Of a stretch of DNA of 64,000 nt, positions 1-13,700 are shown in pieces. The stretch is from Eledone cirrhosa (taxonomy: Eukaryota): the NCBI GenBank assembly GCA_964016885.1, contig OZ024745.1, positions 78,740,001 through 78,804,000 of the forward strand, in the 5' to 3' direction. The first letter of the stretch is position 1; each line of letters starts with the position of its first letter. Below the pieces are notes generated by a model. The model ran no database searches, was not told the origin of the DNA, and saw only the letters and a list, made by a program, of their open reading frames with translations. Position numbers and translations under genes: made by a program.

Positions 1-60
1 TAATCTCAATATCCGGTCTGAGAGAGGCCGTATTTACGTCAGAAAAATAAACATAGTAAC

Positions 61-136
61 ATGGACTTATCGGATTATCAACGTCCTCTGTCAGTTTCTT
101 TATTGATGCTTACATTCAGTTTTATTTTACCTTCAG
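61..136 (+). CDS. Gene A exon 1: signal peptide of Ly6/uPAR (quiver/sleepless-like) GPI-anchored protein
   Basis: ATG at 61 reads MDLSDYQRPLSVSLLMLTFSFILPS+G, a hydrophobic signal-like stretch, ending at a consensus donor CAG|GTAAG (phase 1). Confidence 0.8.
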
Positions 137-1767
137 GTAAGACTTTAATATCTTTCATAGAGAAAATGTTATCGAATATATTCTATAAAGTAATTTTCTT
201 ATTCAAATTTTTACTTTGAGCTTGTGTAAATGTTATTCGTCTTGTTTTTTTTTATTGATTGGGGTGAGGCAGCAACAGATTTTACAAATTATTTTATTTT
301 ATATTATTTATTATTACTTTTATTATTTGTTTATTTGGTGGCTTTGTGGACTCATTATTTTGGGTCTTCTTCGTTGTAGATTATTACAATAAAGTTAGAA
401 CTCCTGGATTTTTTCTTCAAGTTAAGTATTTGTTTCATGTTCTTAGCCGATGCTATGAAAACCCAGTTTCGATGGAGAAGCACCAAAATAAAAAAAAGAA
501 GACTAATGTGTTTTTCTTCGTTGTAATAATGAATTAACTTAAAATGCTTACAATAAAATAATATGATATAGAAATTATACATATCTTGATTTATAACATT
601 GTGAGATACTTTGGAAACCCTAATGTAATGTTCAGACAATTGGCTGACTTGTTCGTGTTCTTACAATGTAGATGAGAGAAGATTTCATTCAGACTGCTAT
701 CCTTATCCGAGACTGCCCTCACACCAATACTCCAAAGTATCCCTATATATTTCATGTTAAGGTATCAATAAGTTAATTGTCACTTAATATCTATTAATGT
801 CTGAGATTACACTATGGTTCCATCAATATCAGTAGACATTTATATATGAAAAAATATCGATGAAAAATTAAACTCCATCGACTATTTTAAATCTATATCT
901 ATATATTACAGCTCCCGTAAATATATGATCTTTTTTAATTTCATATTTTCACCTACAGTTGTTTTTATTATTTCTTTAAAACTCACTACTCCCGGAACAT
1001 ATACTTCGGATTGAATTTTTTGTATCAATTCTACAGATTTGAAATATATGACTCTTCAATAACTGTTTCTGAAAACTTCAAAAGAGAAATTTAAATACTT
1101 AAAATGTCGTTACACAAAGTCATCAATAACTACCTGGGGCTTTAAAAAAAAACAATGCAAATGAAATGTCTATATCGTAATTGACACTCTCATCAGCTGT
1201 AATCAGTCACAAATCTTTGGACTAGCTTATCTTGTGTGTACGTTATCGGGTACTATTACAGAAACCAGAAAACGGGCGAAAGTTATACATAAATGTGAGA
1301 AGGCTTTGAGTTATTTTCAAAATAGATTATATGACAATTTATTAAATAATAAATGGGGTCTAAATACGTAAATTTAATTTTGAAGTCTAAAATTGTTTCA
1401 GACATTCTAAAATAATATTCCATCTTTTGGAACCATGATCTTGTGTGGTGTCATTCACTCTCATTGCTCACTAGTGCCCGTGAAATAATTTGAAAAGAAT
1501 TGGAAACAGACAAGAGAGTAGAACATTGATATTTTAGAACTTCGCTAGTCGTATTTCTAGTATTGATATTCTTGTATATTGGGCATGGACATGCTTTTTC
1601 TCAATGTAAGACGTCTTTTAGGGAAGATAGAAGTATTCTCAACCAAAAATGCAAAGTGACAACCAATATGAATACATTTTTTTGTTTTTCGAATAATATT
1701 TAGGAAGATTTTTTAATTAAAATTGTATAATGAATGGTTGACATAGTAGTTAGTATGCTGGTTAAAG

Positions 1768-1962
1768 CAGACCTGACAACTCTCCCCGTCCGACGGGGAG
1801 ATCTCCCACCCACTTTTGGGTGGGTGAGAGATGTCTTCTCTTGTGAAAATGAGTATAGCTTTCAATATGTAAAATCTCCCCATTTTGTCTTATTTCTCCA
1901 TGTTTTGGGGCACTTTTTTTCATGGTACTCCCCGTTTGGGTTTCCAGAGGTTGGCAGGTCTG
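1768..1962. mobile_element. Non-autonomous TIR DNA transposon (MITE), 195 bp
   Basis: TIRs CAGACCTGACAAC / GTTGGCAGGTCTG; flanking duplication GTTAAAG (1761-1767, 1963-1969). Confidence 0.75.
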
Positions 1963-3183
1963 GTTAAAGGCCATAGAGCTAACAACTACAATATTTTGAG
2001 CCAAAATAATGAATAGAAATATTATCGTTTTTCAGTGATGAAATTTATTATTTTGCTGATGTTTTAAAATATAATTACTTATGCACAAAACCATAATTTG
2101 AGGGGAGTCGTACAAATCGACCCAAGTTTATTGCTTAAATAAACCCAGATCGATTAGTCCTCTGAGCAGAATTTGAACTCTAAATCGAAAGCACGAACTT
2201 TTACGCTGTCTATTACTAGCAAATGAAGTAAACAAATTAGAGAAGATAATGAAGAAAGAAGATACAAGGAACCTGTTAGACGCCTAAATAAACTTCCTTA
2301 AATGATTGTGGGGGGTGTCTTTTTCTCAGGTGAGTAGTAAGGGAGCTAGTTACTCATAAAATGCCGCTTTATCATACTTCTAAAATTTAACTCGCAAATA
2401 GACCCAAGGCAAATACTTCATTTACAGGGGAGGGGGTGTTCAAACTGTATTTTGACAAAAGCACAAACATAGCACTTGTTTTCTTTATCGTGACACACCA
2501 CACACCACACACACACACACACACACTCTGGCTCTTTGTTTATCTCTTTCAATTTCAAACTTTGCCTACAAACATAATCAACTCCACACCCTCGTCATTT
2601 ATTTACATGGATTTGTTTAACTGTTCGAATTCCTCGGTACTTCAGGAGATGTCAAACAATGCTGTGTGCTTTTTAGTGAGAATGACCGCGGATAACCTTT
2701 ATCATTGCTCATCTTTTTCTTTATTTTCTTTACTAAAGCTGAACACATTGCAGGAATAAACTATTTGCTCAATAACACAGGCTTCCAAGGACAGACCAAA
2801 CTCAAACGAGACACCTTGTTTAACTAACACGCATTTTTTATCTTTTTTATCCCTCCAAATTTGTGCGTAAATACCAATATTAGTTGCCTGTGGTAAATTT
2901 AAACCACCCAAAAGAAAAGAAGCGTGTAGATAAAGATTTACTTGTAATTACCTTGACCTTTCTAAAAAACGAAATGGCAGTAAATTATACTGGTTTGCTT
3001 ATTCTTCCATAACGACAAATCTTTCAGAAGTAATAAAATGAATCAACTTAAAAGTTCTATTGATGTCTTGAGACTTGCGGTAGGTTAAAGAATCCCTTTA
3101 TAGATGTCACATTTAGAGACTAATACATTGAAAGTGAACAACATGAAACTATTTATTTTCACTGGTTATCGCTTCGACTAAAG

Positions 3184-3503
3184 CAGTGGTCCTTAACCAT
3201 TTTCTATCATGGCACCCCTTGAGATTTTAAAATTCCATCCCACAACCCTAGGCCTAGCACATAAGACAAAAGAACTTTAATTTTCAGGTTAAATTATCAG
3301 CTACTTAGCTGTTACTATTTAATTAATTAGCTATTATGGTTTAATTAAATAAATATTATGTTGAAACAAATGGAAAGCTATAAAACACTGAATGATGTGA
3401 AATAAAGGAAAAAAAAGTTGTTTTTCTAGACGTCTGCTTGCACTCCTAAGAACTGAGCCTCACACCCCTTGGGGGTGCTGGCACACCAGATTGAGAACCA
3501 CTG
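3184..3503. mobile_element. hAT (Charlie-like) non-autonomous element
   Basis: TIRs CAGTGGTCCTTAACC / GATTGAGAACCACTG; perfect 8-bp TSD GACTAAAG (3176-3183, 3504-3511). Confidence 0.85.
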
Positions 3504-4523
3504 GACTAAAGGGTCAAACCATATCGTAAGACGAATGAGTAGTAGTGTGATAAGAAAATATTTTGGGTTTACTTCTTTGGTTGTAGTATTGGTCGTTAGC
3601 TCCATGTAAATCCTGATCGAGCAAACCTATGAAGGTAATGTCACAGCATGGCTGCACATGACTGAAGCCAGGAAAACAGGAAAACGAAAGGGGTGATTAA
3701 CAGTGTTCTAGCCGTATTTTCTGCTTTTTATTGAGACATTGTGTATATAGAACTACATAATACATGATCTAAACAGTCCCACATTTTAAGGTACCAGAGT
3801 GTGATTAAAAGATTCGGCTGCTATTTCTAGCAGGTCGTGAGATCACGAAGAAGCTTTCTCGTTGTTGTTTCTACTTTGGTTGATTCAGACGGTTAATATG
3901 TATTTTCTAAGTGCAGGAGAAAAGGAAAAAGAAGTTTAGCTATCAAAATCCGGTACTACGGATTTGTTGTTAGAATGTCTAAGGAAATAATCACCGGGCA
4001 TGTTTTAAGAGCAAAACCAATCGACAGGGAATTGAGCAGAATTAAAATCAAGGGTGATCCAGACATGACCATACCGCCTTTTGTACATTTAGGACAGCAT
4101 CACCCATCGTAGCCTTCTTTTTTAAGACAGTATTGCGTGATCTGATAGATATTTAGCTTTATTTCGAGCAGGTTGGCTCATAATGTAGCGTTTCAACAAT
4201 GCTGATTAAAACACAGATTGACGAATGTCATAGAAAAGTGGACTTGACCCGGTTTCAAATTCGTTTGTAGCTGTTTCACTTCCTTTATACTTGTTTCTAA
4301 TGCTCCTGAAAAAAAAATGAAGACACACAATGCCATCTTGCATAAACTAGAAAGATTGTATACCCTCGTAAGCACTAATATAAGCTGTAGGCATCACATT
4401 TACAGTGAACGGGAAAGAGTTATATCTGCTAAGTCAGTTATTTTCAACTATGGTTCGAATTTCAATGTCACAGGGACAAAACATTTTACTTTAAAAACAT
4501 TTTATAGACTGTAAAATACACGC

Positions 4524-5660
4524 GGGGTGGAGAGAATACTTTTCTGATCTAAACCTAATCACAACAGCATCTTCTGATCTACACGAGGTGCATTTGAGAG
4601 CGATTATTAATCTCTCGGAGGCTGAGGTCACTAGAGCAATTAAAGAGCTCAAATGTGGCAAGGCCGATGGAGGGGTTGAAATTCGGTCCGAGATGTTAAA
4701 AGCCTTAAATAGAGAAGGTATTCTCTGGCTGACTTGTGAGGGCCAGGTTACCTGGATTTCTGGAAAGGCACCTAAGCAATGGCCATCGGGAGTGATAATC
4801 CCAATTTTCAAAAAGGGAGACAAGAGAGATTGCTCCAATTTTAGAGGGTCAAGTCTATGCTAAGTGTCTGACAAAGAGATCTAGAGAGATTGTCGAGTCC
4901 AAGCTAGCCGATGAACAGTGGTTTTCGCCTCGGCAGCAGCACAACCGACCAAATATTCACATTGCGGCAGGTCATCGAGAAATCGTGGTAGTACTGCCAA
5001 GAGGTGTATTCTTGCTTTCCATACCTCGTAAAGGCATATGACTGCATTGCACGGGACATGCTATGGAAGGTTCTGCATGAGTATGGAATCGATAGTCAGC
5101 TTCTTGTTGCCCTGATGTCTCTATACGAATGCTCGTGTACTTGTGTTCTCATTAATGTTGCTAAATCGAAACCATTCAATGTGGGAGTCAGACTTTGCCG
5201 AGGCTTCATACTGTCACCTCTCCAGTTGGTTATTTTCATGCGCAGCCGGATTAGAAATGGAATCACGGCTTGTGGGTATAGGATCAGTTGGCTGGAATTT
5301 GCAGACGTCATGGTATTACTTAACTCGTCAAAAGGTGGTTTCCAACATGCGCTTGATAGGTTTTATGCCGTGTGCTGCATGGCTGCAATGAAAATCAGTG
5401 CTAAGAAGACTGAGACACTCGTCATGTCGAGGAATCCTGTGCTGTGAAGGGAGTTTCACTGAAGCAGGTGGATAAATTCAAGTATCTCTGGGCTGTGTTT
5501 CAAGTGATGTAAGGTAGGAGGCTGAAGTAAGTGCAAGAATTGCAGGAGCTGGTGAAGTAACGCGCGAACTTCAGCATTCGGCCATCAGAAAAAGGGGGGT
5601 AGGTGTAAAAGCCAAACTCGCTATCTTCAATTCAGTATTCGTGCCAACCATTACCTATGG
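4524..5660 (+). mobile_element. Degenerate RTE-clade LINE, RT fragment (Rex3/Expander-like)
   Basis: KADGGVEIRSEMLK, IIPIFKKGDKRDCSNFRG, KAYD, ILSP, FADV, KISAKKTE motifs with stops and frameshifts. Confidence 0.85.
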
Positions 5661-5970
5661 AAGGGTCTGTAGTTCTCTTCCGTTCCTCTTCGGAAAACTA
5701 TTCTTATTTATATATAAACACTATTGTATTTCTGCATTTTCTGTCTACTCGGAGTAGAGCCCTGAGGGACTGAACCTAGAACCACGGTTTTGCAAAGCCC
5801 ACTACTTAACCACACGGACATGCCTGCACTTATATATATATATTATTCTCTATCTGTCGATAAAATAAAACACCAGTAACACACTGTGGTCGATTTAATC
5901 GATTTTCCCTTCCCTAATAATTGCTGGCCTTGTACCTAAAATGGAATCAATTATTATTATTTAGTTCTTA

Positions 5971-6165
5971 GGACGGTGGATTGGCAGTATCGGTAGAAGG
6001 TCGGACGCCATGCTTTGACGCTAAGAGTTACGTCCCTTTTCGGTCTGAGTTCAAATCCCGCCGAGGTTAACTTTGCCTTTTATCCTTACGGGGGTCGATA
6101 AAATAAAGCACCGGTAATACACTGGGATAATTGCTGGCCTTGTGCCTAAAGTAGAAACAATTATT
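5971..6165 (+). mobile_element. tRNA-derived SINE, main family (full length); partial copy at about 5853-5961
   Basis: A-box-like TGGCAGTATCGG, B-box GAGTTCAAATCC, central ACTTTGCCTTT..ATCCTT.CGGGGTCGATAAA (Meta/MESC-like domain, recalled), ATT tail; more than 15 copies in the window. Confidence 0.85.
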
Positions 6166-6218
6166 CTCTATCTTTCTATGCCAGTCAGTTACTTAGTCAT
6201 TTCCTCTTCACTAATTCG

Positions 6219-6622
6219 CAAACTTTCTCTCCGGCCAACAACTGATTCTTTTTTTCAAATACCACTTTGGAAGAAGAATCAGGATGGAGAGAGAGGTGCT
6301 GTACCGCAGCAAGTTTTATGAAAGGTGGGTGAAAGTGGCGAGAATGGCCCGAGTGAATGGGCCTTCTCTCTATATCAGCCTGTAGATTGAGGAAAAGGAG
6401 GAGGAGAGGAAAGGAGTACAAGCTCTTCGTACTCCTGGAGATGAGGGTTGCACATTTTTTCGGGGGTATGTGTTACCCATATAAACTGTCTCCCTCTATT
6501 GGGGAAAATCGACTAACTTTTAAATTCCATCTGTGATAACATTTTACACGTTTTTATTGTATGTAAACTTCCCCCTTTGTATTTGTCCCCTTCTTTTGTG
6601 CCCCTGTGGCTAATAAAGAAAT
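6219..6622 (+). mobile_element. 3' fragment of Tx1/L1-clade LINE
   Basis: Aligns to 43675-44055 (YHFGRRIRMEREVL...FYERW and the 3' UTR ending AATAAAGAAAT). Confidence 0.85.
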
Positions 6623-6826
6623 ATATCTTAAAGTCCTTCGCTGCCTTCACTAATGTGATTCTAATATTATTGAAAAATGTTCAAAATTGTCCCTCCTACT
6701 TGTCGATATGAATTTTAAAATAATTAACCATTGACTAATTCTATATTTTCTCTTCTGCATAATATTTTCTAGTTAGCTTTTTAATGCTGACCACTTACTT
6801 AACTGTATTATGTATGCATATTTTAG

Positions 6827-6979
6827 GACTGGGTAAAAGATGCTATGTGTGTTTTAGTGGCGAACAGCCGTCATCAGAAAGTCATTGCCCGCCACAAAGT
6901 ATTACTGCCCCCTATCTCACAAATTCCGAAGCTTGCTATGGCAGTTGTTTTGTGCGGGCAGAAAGAGAAAATCCAAACG
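6827..6979 (+). CDS. Gene A exon 2: N-half of LU/three-finger domain
   Basis: ttttag| acceptor, G|GTAAGT donor, 153 nt phase 1-1. Encodes GLGKRCYVCFSGEQPSSESHCPPQSITAPYLTNSEACYGSCFVRAERENPN (CxxC...C...CxxxC). Confidence 0.88.
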
Positions 6980-8479
6980 GTAAGTAAGCATCCCAGAGAC
7001 AATTCTTAAGTTATTTTGCAAAATATTACCCCCATTCCCACAAAATGCATTGTAATGCAATTAAAACATATTGAATGCTGTTTTTAATACTGCTATGTTG
7101 AAAATCAACTCTGTCTCTTTGTTCGTGTATAACAATTATTTAACTAAACACTGGAAATATTGGAATTGATATTTGCAAATAATTTGAAATATTTAATTGC
7201 AAAATACTTTTATAATATCAATGAAGAAGAAAATGGAGCAAATTATGCGTCTTTTGCTGGACGATATATCTCAGATGCACCCTGCGAACAAGATGATGAA
7301 ACATTGCGGCGGAAAACAGCCAGCGCTACCCGCTCATTTACCATTGCATGACTCCATCTTCGGGCGGGCATGATGCCCTTGTCTCGATTTGCCGAAAGAA
7401 ATCGGCATTTTGGAAACCGAAGAAACCGTACATCTTGATGGTAACCTGCACCGAAAAACGAAAACCATCAGTCGATTATTGATATTCAGTCATATTCCTC
7501 TCCTTTGAGTTGCTGGCAACGGGACATGGGTTTGTGGCTGAAGCTATGAAGTTGACACCAAAAACGTATAGCAACATACGGCATCTCAGATTAGTGACTT
7601 ACTCCCTACCCTACCCCTTCTGTGTGTCTACCGTCACCATGGTAGATGCTAATAGGCTCCACTTGTGACGGAAAACCAACCGCAATGACGATCTTCTTAA
7701 TGACGTGGTTTGATGAGAAAAACCACCCGCACTGTGGTAACTCCATGATGGTATTTGCGCGAGATGAGAATCTATAAGGCGCAGCCTTTTGGTCATCATC
7801 GCTAGATGTATACCAACAGAATGATGGAAACAAGCAAAGAAAAGCAGTGAGGAAAAAGTTTATGTTTACGCTTTTGACCCTGAGACAGACAAGATCGCAT
7901 GCTTCCACCATGCTCCCCCATCTCAGAGACGTTGGTATACATCTAATACGCAATTTACGCCTGATGAGGTCACCGGGTTCTTATGTAATCTGGCCACTGA
8001 AATGTGTTTAGTGTTTGCAGAAATAAAAAATTAAGGAAATTCAACATATTTGTCCTCCTGTCATTTCACTTTATGATACATTTACTCCATTCCCGCACCA
8101 CCAACATGATTCACCATCGAAGATGGTTGTGTTGCATAACGTCGATTGCTTTTCTCGTATTACGTCATGTTTAACATTGCAGAATTACCAATTCTACCCA
8201 GTGGTAAACCACGACATTTAAACGTATATATATATATACATTCATTCATTATAGCTATTGGTGAGTTTTGTTACTCTAAAGTTTCACCTACGCAGTCACA
8301 GGATCACCAGTCTTGTCTGATGAGTACGCAGGTGAGCCTCCAGAGTAAGGTTTAGCCATAATAAATGAATATTTAAACTCTACTCTCAGGTCTTGATAAT
8401 CGTCCACACCCTCGCTTATTAATTTATCACCCCCACCCCTATTATCATCCCTACTATTATTGGGAACCTGAGAGTGCCA

Positions 8480-8720
8480 CCAAATTCTCCTCCTCTCTAT
8501 GTCTATCACACAAAACTCTTTTTTAACCCCCTCTCTATATCTACTAAAACCAAACTCTACCCCTCTCTATATCTACCACGACACCGCCTCTCTTATCCCA
8601 CTCACTATATCTAAGACTAATACACTCTCTCACTCTCTATAAATATCTACACTCATCTCTCCTAATCCCCCTTTGTATATCAATCACTCCTAAATTCTCA
8701 CCCTTTCTATATCTACTCCA
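8480..8720. repeat. Degenerate CTCTCTATATCTAC/ACCAAACTCT minisatellite, continued at 13087-13450
   Basis: The same irregular unit occurs on both sides of the Tx1 element, which appears to have split the array. Confidence 0.7.
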
Positions 8721-11700
8721 CGGTAATTCGGAGTCAGACGTGTTTTTCTTCTACTGCGAATTTTGGATTATTTTACTTGTGATCTTTTTGCTGTTACCTT
8801 TTTACTTGTTATTCTGTAAGTTGAACTTTGTTTCTTATTGAATATTGTAGCCACTCGCCTACACTGGTGAGCGAGTGGCAATATTTTGTATATTCTTGCC
8901 CCTTTTGGGGGTTTAAGAAAAAATTATGTCGGAAAAAATGTCAACAACACCCATTAAGTCCACGGACAACATGCCGACGGAAAGGGATAAAACTAATAAC
9001 AATTGCCTGGAAAAAATAATAATGACAACAACAAAAACAACAGATGCCATAACCAGAAAAAATGGAAAAACTGCCACGCCCACAAAGGAAAAGGAAAAAG
9101 AATCACAAGAAACTAAACCTACCCCCACCCCTTTCAAATGCAAACACCAACTTGAACACAACGCCAAACAGTGAAGATGTAAATAATAATAATACAAATA
9201 ACGACAGCACTAACAAACAAAACACAACAAACGACAACAGCAAAACAGAAGAAAGCAACCAACAAAAGAAAATTTCCTTCGCCCAGACGGCAAGGAAATC
9301 AATAGAATACGTACCGCAGGACATTAGTAACGCAAAGAAGTTGCTGGCAGAAGCTAAGCAGTACATAGTTCAGGGGGGAAACGGGGCTTTTACAATACCC
9401 CCCCCCCCCCTGGAATGGCTGAAACAAAAAGAACTGAATACAGTGGCATTCAGAACGATAATAACACCAAGAAACCAACACAAACAACACAAAAAGACAT
9501 TGAGTTGGTCCTAAGAGAGAAAATGAGAAATGTGGTCTTTATCGAAAAAGACAAATTGTACGGAAGTTTGTCCGTACTAATGAAAACAAAGGAAGCGGCC
9601 GAGGAACTGTCAGTGAGGCCGTTGGTGTCAGCAGCGTACACCTTCTACCCAACATACATGGGTAGAAGGACGTAAAAAAAATAAAAATCCATAGCTTGAT
9701 ACCCATCATGGACTACTGGTGGGTCCTAATCGGCTTACTGGATCTAAACGACGACATTCTAATTGCCATAGGAAAGGCTTCGGGTGACGCGTTCAATGGG
9801 CCTCGAACTCATAGTGCAAATGAGGCCCGAAAGGATTGCTCAAATCCCTGAACGCGTCGCCCTAGGGGATAAAACCCCAATAAACATTATCGTTGAGGGG
9901 AGGCGACCCTCCTGTTTTCTCTGTGGCGTCAGAGGGCATGTGAGGGCTGTCTGTCCCCAGCTCCAAAAAAGAACACCATTATTACCCACACCAACAACAA
10001 TTACACAAAATTCACCACCACCTCCACCACAAAAAACAACAAACCACACCACCAACAGTACCACAACGTCAACAAAAACCAACCACCAAGATACGGAACA
10101 CTGTACCACCCACACAGAAAACAAACACGCACCAAACACAATCACCACCATCACCACAAAAACAACCAACTACACCACCACCACAACGACAACAAAAACA
10201 AGAAAACACAAAACAAAACAGTCCCACCCACAAACTCAAATACACGCACCGACACAACACCGTCGCAAATTATCCCCCTACCCGCCAATTCGGAGGAGGA
10301 CCTCCAAACGTCCCAGGACGAAGGAGGTTCTTTCCAATTGATAAAAAGAAAAAAACGCAAACCCATTACACACACAAACAGAAATGCCCCCTCCCCAAAA
10401 CATAACGACCACAACTAATCAAGAACCAAACACATCCACAAAATATACTATACATACATCAACAAAGAAAACAAACAATTACGCAACATAATACATAACC
10501 CTGCGGTACAAACCGTAGGGTCTGACTTTAAAATCGCAGAGAGACACCCTAAACTAAAAATGGTAAAAGTCCCTCTGGGTACTTATAGAACGCTCAGAAA
10601 AACTTACCCGGAGGAAGTAGGACCACCCTGTGTGAAACCGGTCAATCGCGTCCTCCTAAACACCCAAACACTCCAAACACCCGCTCAACTCCAAACACCC
10701 CAACCCCACCACACACTAATACCCCCACACCACCACAAAAAACCACTCCACCCAACAACAACACCCCCATGGAAGTTGTGCAGCCTGGTCCATGCGGCGC
10801 AGTGAGGTAGGCGACCCCTTTTCTTTACTCTAGCTCAAAGATGACTCGATTGAGAGCTGGCTGTCTGAATGTGCGTGGCCTGGGCTTGGCTTGGAAGCAA
10901 GCTAAACTTCAAAACGACCTCAGGTCGCGCAGTGTAAATGTGATGGCGATTTGCGAGTCTCGGATCATCAGCGTACGACAGCTGGCCCCCGCCTTCGATG
11001 ACTTTGAGATGCACGCATCTCTCTGTCAGCCCATAGGTGGGGGTGGGGTTGTCGTACTGTTACAGAAACATCTGGGTCTCGCCGCACAGATTGTTCACTC
11101 GGACCCGGGAGGTCGATTGCTGGTGCTGGACGTTGACAGTGGTGAAGGCGAGGCCTTTAGGCTGGTGGCCGTTTACGCCCCCTTCGGGGCAGAGCGTTCC
11201 GACTTCTTCCGGCGCCTGGAGACTTTTCTAGGGACGTCCCGTTCCCTGCTTTTAGTGGGGGACTGGATGGTATCCTGGATGCACGTTGGGACTATGCAAG
11301 GGCACGTCCCGATAGAGGGGGTGTCAAAGCCTCAAGAAGTTACTCAGCCGATTTGACCTGGCCGATAGATTTCGACTAGATTGTCCGAATGCCCCAACCT
11401 GAACTTGGACCAACCGCACCGGACAATCTAGATCGTACCTAGATAGGATGCTAGTTAGAGTTAAGGATAGGGACCTAATAAGTTGTCCAGATATGCTCAT
11501 GGTTGACTATTCAGATCACAAACTAGTGACCTGTATGGTCAACCTTGATAGAACCCATAGGCAGGGACCCGGTTACTGGAAGCTCAACTTGTCCTTACCG
11601 GCAAGGGGAGCTTACAGGAACTGGATTAGTACTTTAATTAAGGAACGGTTGACGGGTGCAGTCGTCAACAGTAGGTGGTGGGTATCTCTCACTAGAGAGA

Positions 11701-13086
11701 TTAGATTAGTGTCGATAGGTTATAGTAAGGAACTAGCCTCGGATAGGAATAGAAAGGAAAGGGAGTTGGTAGCTAATGTAGAAAAGGCATTTAGGAGCGG
11801 AGACGTGGCCAAAGTGCTAGCGTCGATAACGGCCTTGAGCCAGTTTTTCGACGCAAAGCACGAAGGCTGCGTCGTCCGAAGCAAAATACGTGCGCTAGGA
11901 AACGAGGGGACCAAAGCTGTTAGCTGGGCCAGCGTGACAGAAGCCAAGAGTGGAATTAAATCCACCATCCGGTCTTTGCGAGACCAGGATGGACGGACGA
12001 TCCTTCAACCTGAGCAGATGTGTGAGGCCTTTCAGGGGTACTTCGCCCAATTGTTCGGGAGGGGCGGGGGGCCAGACGGGGATGTGGATTTCGGTCCATA
12101 CCTCGACGGCCTGCCGCGTCTTTCGGACGAGGGGGCGAGGTCCTGTGAGGGGCCGATCTCAGCTGCTGAAATAGGGAGCGTGCTAAGTCTATGCGGCAAG
12201 CGCAAATATCCAGGCCTCGATGGTCTGCCCTACGAATTCTATATTAGCATTCCGGACTTGTTCTCCGATCTCCTCGAGGCGATCTACTGCAACTGGCAAC
12301 AGAGCGGGGAATTTCCCCGCTCTGTGACCAAGGGCGTAGTCTCGCTAGTGAGGAAGGACGAGAATAAGGGGGACGATATTAGTAATTGTAGGCTCATAAC
12401 CCTGCTTAATGCAGAGTGAAATATTTTGACCAACGTGCTAGCAAAGAGGTTGGCGCTTGTCGTGTGCGGACTGGTGGGAGATGCGCAGACATGCGCTATC
12501 CCGTCCAGGTCCATTCACGACAACCTCCACCTCATGCGATACATCATAGAGAGGGTTGGGAACGAACCCGGCTTTGGTGGGGCCCTGATCAACTTGGATC
12601 AGTCTAAGGCATTCGATAGGGTCGACCATGGTTACCTGGATGCGGTGCTAGCGGCGGCTGGTTTCGGTCCTGTTTTCAGGGGCTATATCTCTGCCATGCA
12701 TAGCAGCCGCATTTGCTCTAGAGTCAAGGTGAATGGCTGCCGTTCGAAATCGCCCGCTCCATCCGACAGGGGTGCCCTCTCTCCTCCCTCCTGTACGTAT
12801 TGGCCCTCGAGCCTCTGCTGCGGAAGTTGGAGTTGTTGCGAGAATGGCCCGTGTGAATGGGCCTTCTCTCTATATCAGTCTGTAGAGGTAAGAGAAGAGG
12901 GAGCACCCCCTCTCTGTGCTCCCTGGCAGAAGGGTCGCACACTTTTTTGGGGGGTGTGTGACCCCAAAACACTTCCTCCCTATTGAGGACTTGGTTGTTA
13001 TATTTTGATTGCTATTGTTACTTTTATATGTACTCGATGTTTGTAAAACGTCCCCCACCCAATGCTCTGTTGGCAAATAAAGAAAT
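8721..13086 (+). mobile_element. Near full-length, internally deleted Tx1/L1-clade LINE (ORF1 gag-like, ORF2 APE-RT)
   Basis: ORF1 pieces 8926-10341 with zinc knuckle CFLCGVRGHVRAVC. ORF2 from 10841: LNVRGL, VYAP, GDW, SDH (APE), PGLDGLP, DQSKAFDRV (RT). About 1.4 kb deleted at 12839; ends AATAAAGAAAT. Confidence 0.92.
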
Positions 13087-13586
13087 TATATCTAATATAC
13101 AACACACACTCCTAACCCCCTTTTCTATATCAATTACCACTAACCTATCCCCCTCTATATATACAATACAACACTCTCTCATTTCCTCTCACTCTATCCA
13201 TCACTACTAAACTCTCCCCTCTCTATATTTCTCAATACCTTTCTCTATCAATCCCTCACTTTATTCATTACCACCAAACTCTCCCCCTCTCTACATCAAC
13301 CATACAACACTCTCTCCCAATCCTCCTCTCTATATCAATTAACACCAAACTCTCCCCCTATCTATATCTACTACACGGAACTCATTCCAATCCCCCTCTA
13401 TATATCAATTACCACTACATATATCTATCTCTCCCATCTGTCTCTACATAACACGTACATTAATTGTAGCGCATATACAAATAAATGTGCGTTTTGTTAG
13501 TTTGGGGAGAAAATATAATCATTGGGGGGATGGTACTATCCCCCCCCACACACACACACACACAGAGCCCCACCCCCATCCAGTTC

Positions 13587-13700
13587 CACTGCCCTTGTGT
13601 TCGTCTCTGGCACACCTTTAGAATATGATCATGCCTAATGCTATTAAAACCGTTTTGCATATGCAGCTTTACATGAAGCTGGTGTGACGGACATGCATGC
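13587..13700 (-). mobile_element. CRE-clade LINE RT remnant
   Basis: VKLHMQNGFNSIRHDHILKVC resembles the KLDxxNAFNSIRR RT motif of CRE elements. Confidence 0.5.

Noticed and set aside
5971-6070. tRNA-like A/B boxes
   Set aside because: SINE heads with no complete cloverleaf; not tRNA genes.
8318-8345. CTGATGA motif (also CTGACGA at about 29468 and CTGATGA at about 7962)
   Set aside because: No correctly spaced GAAA, stem III and stem I, so not called hammerheads.
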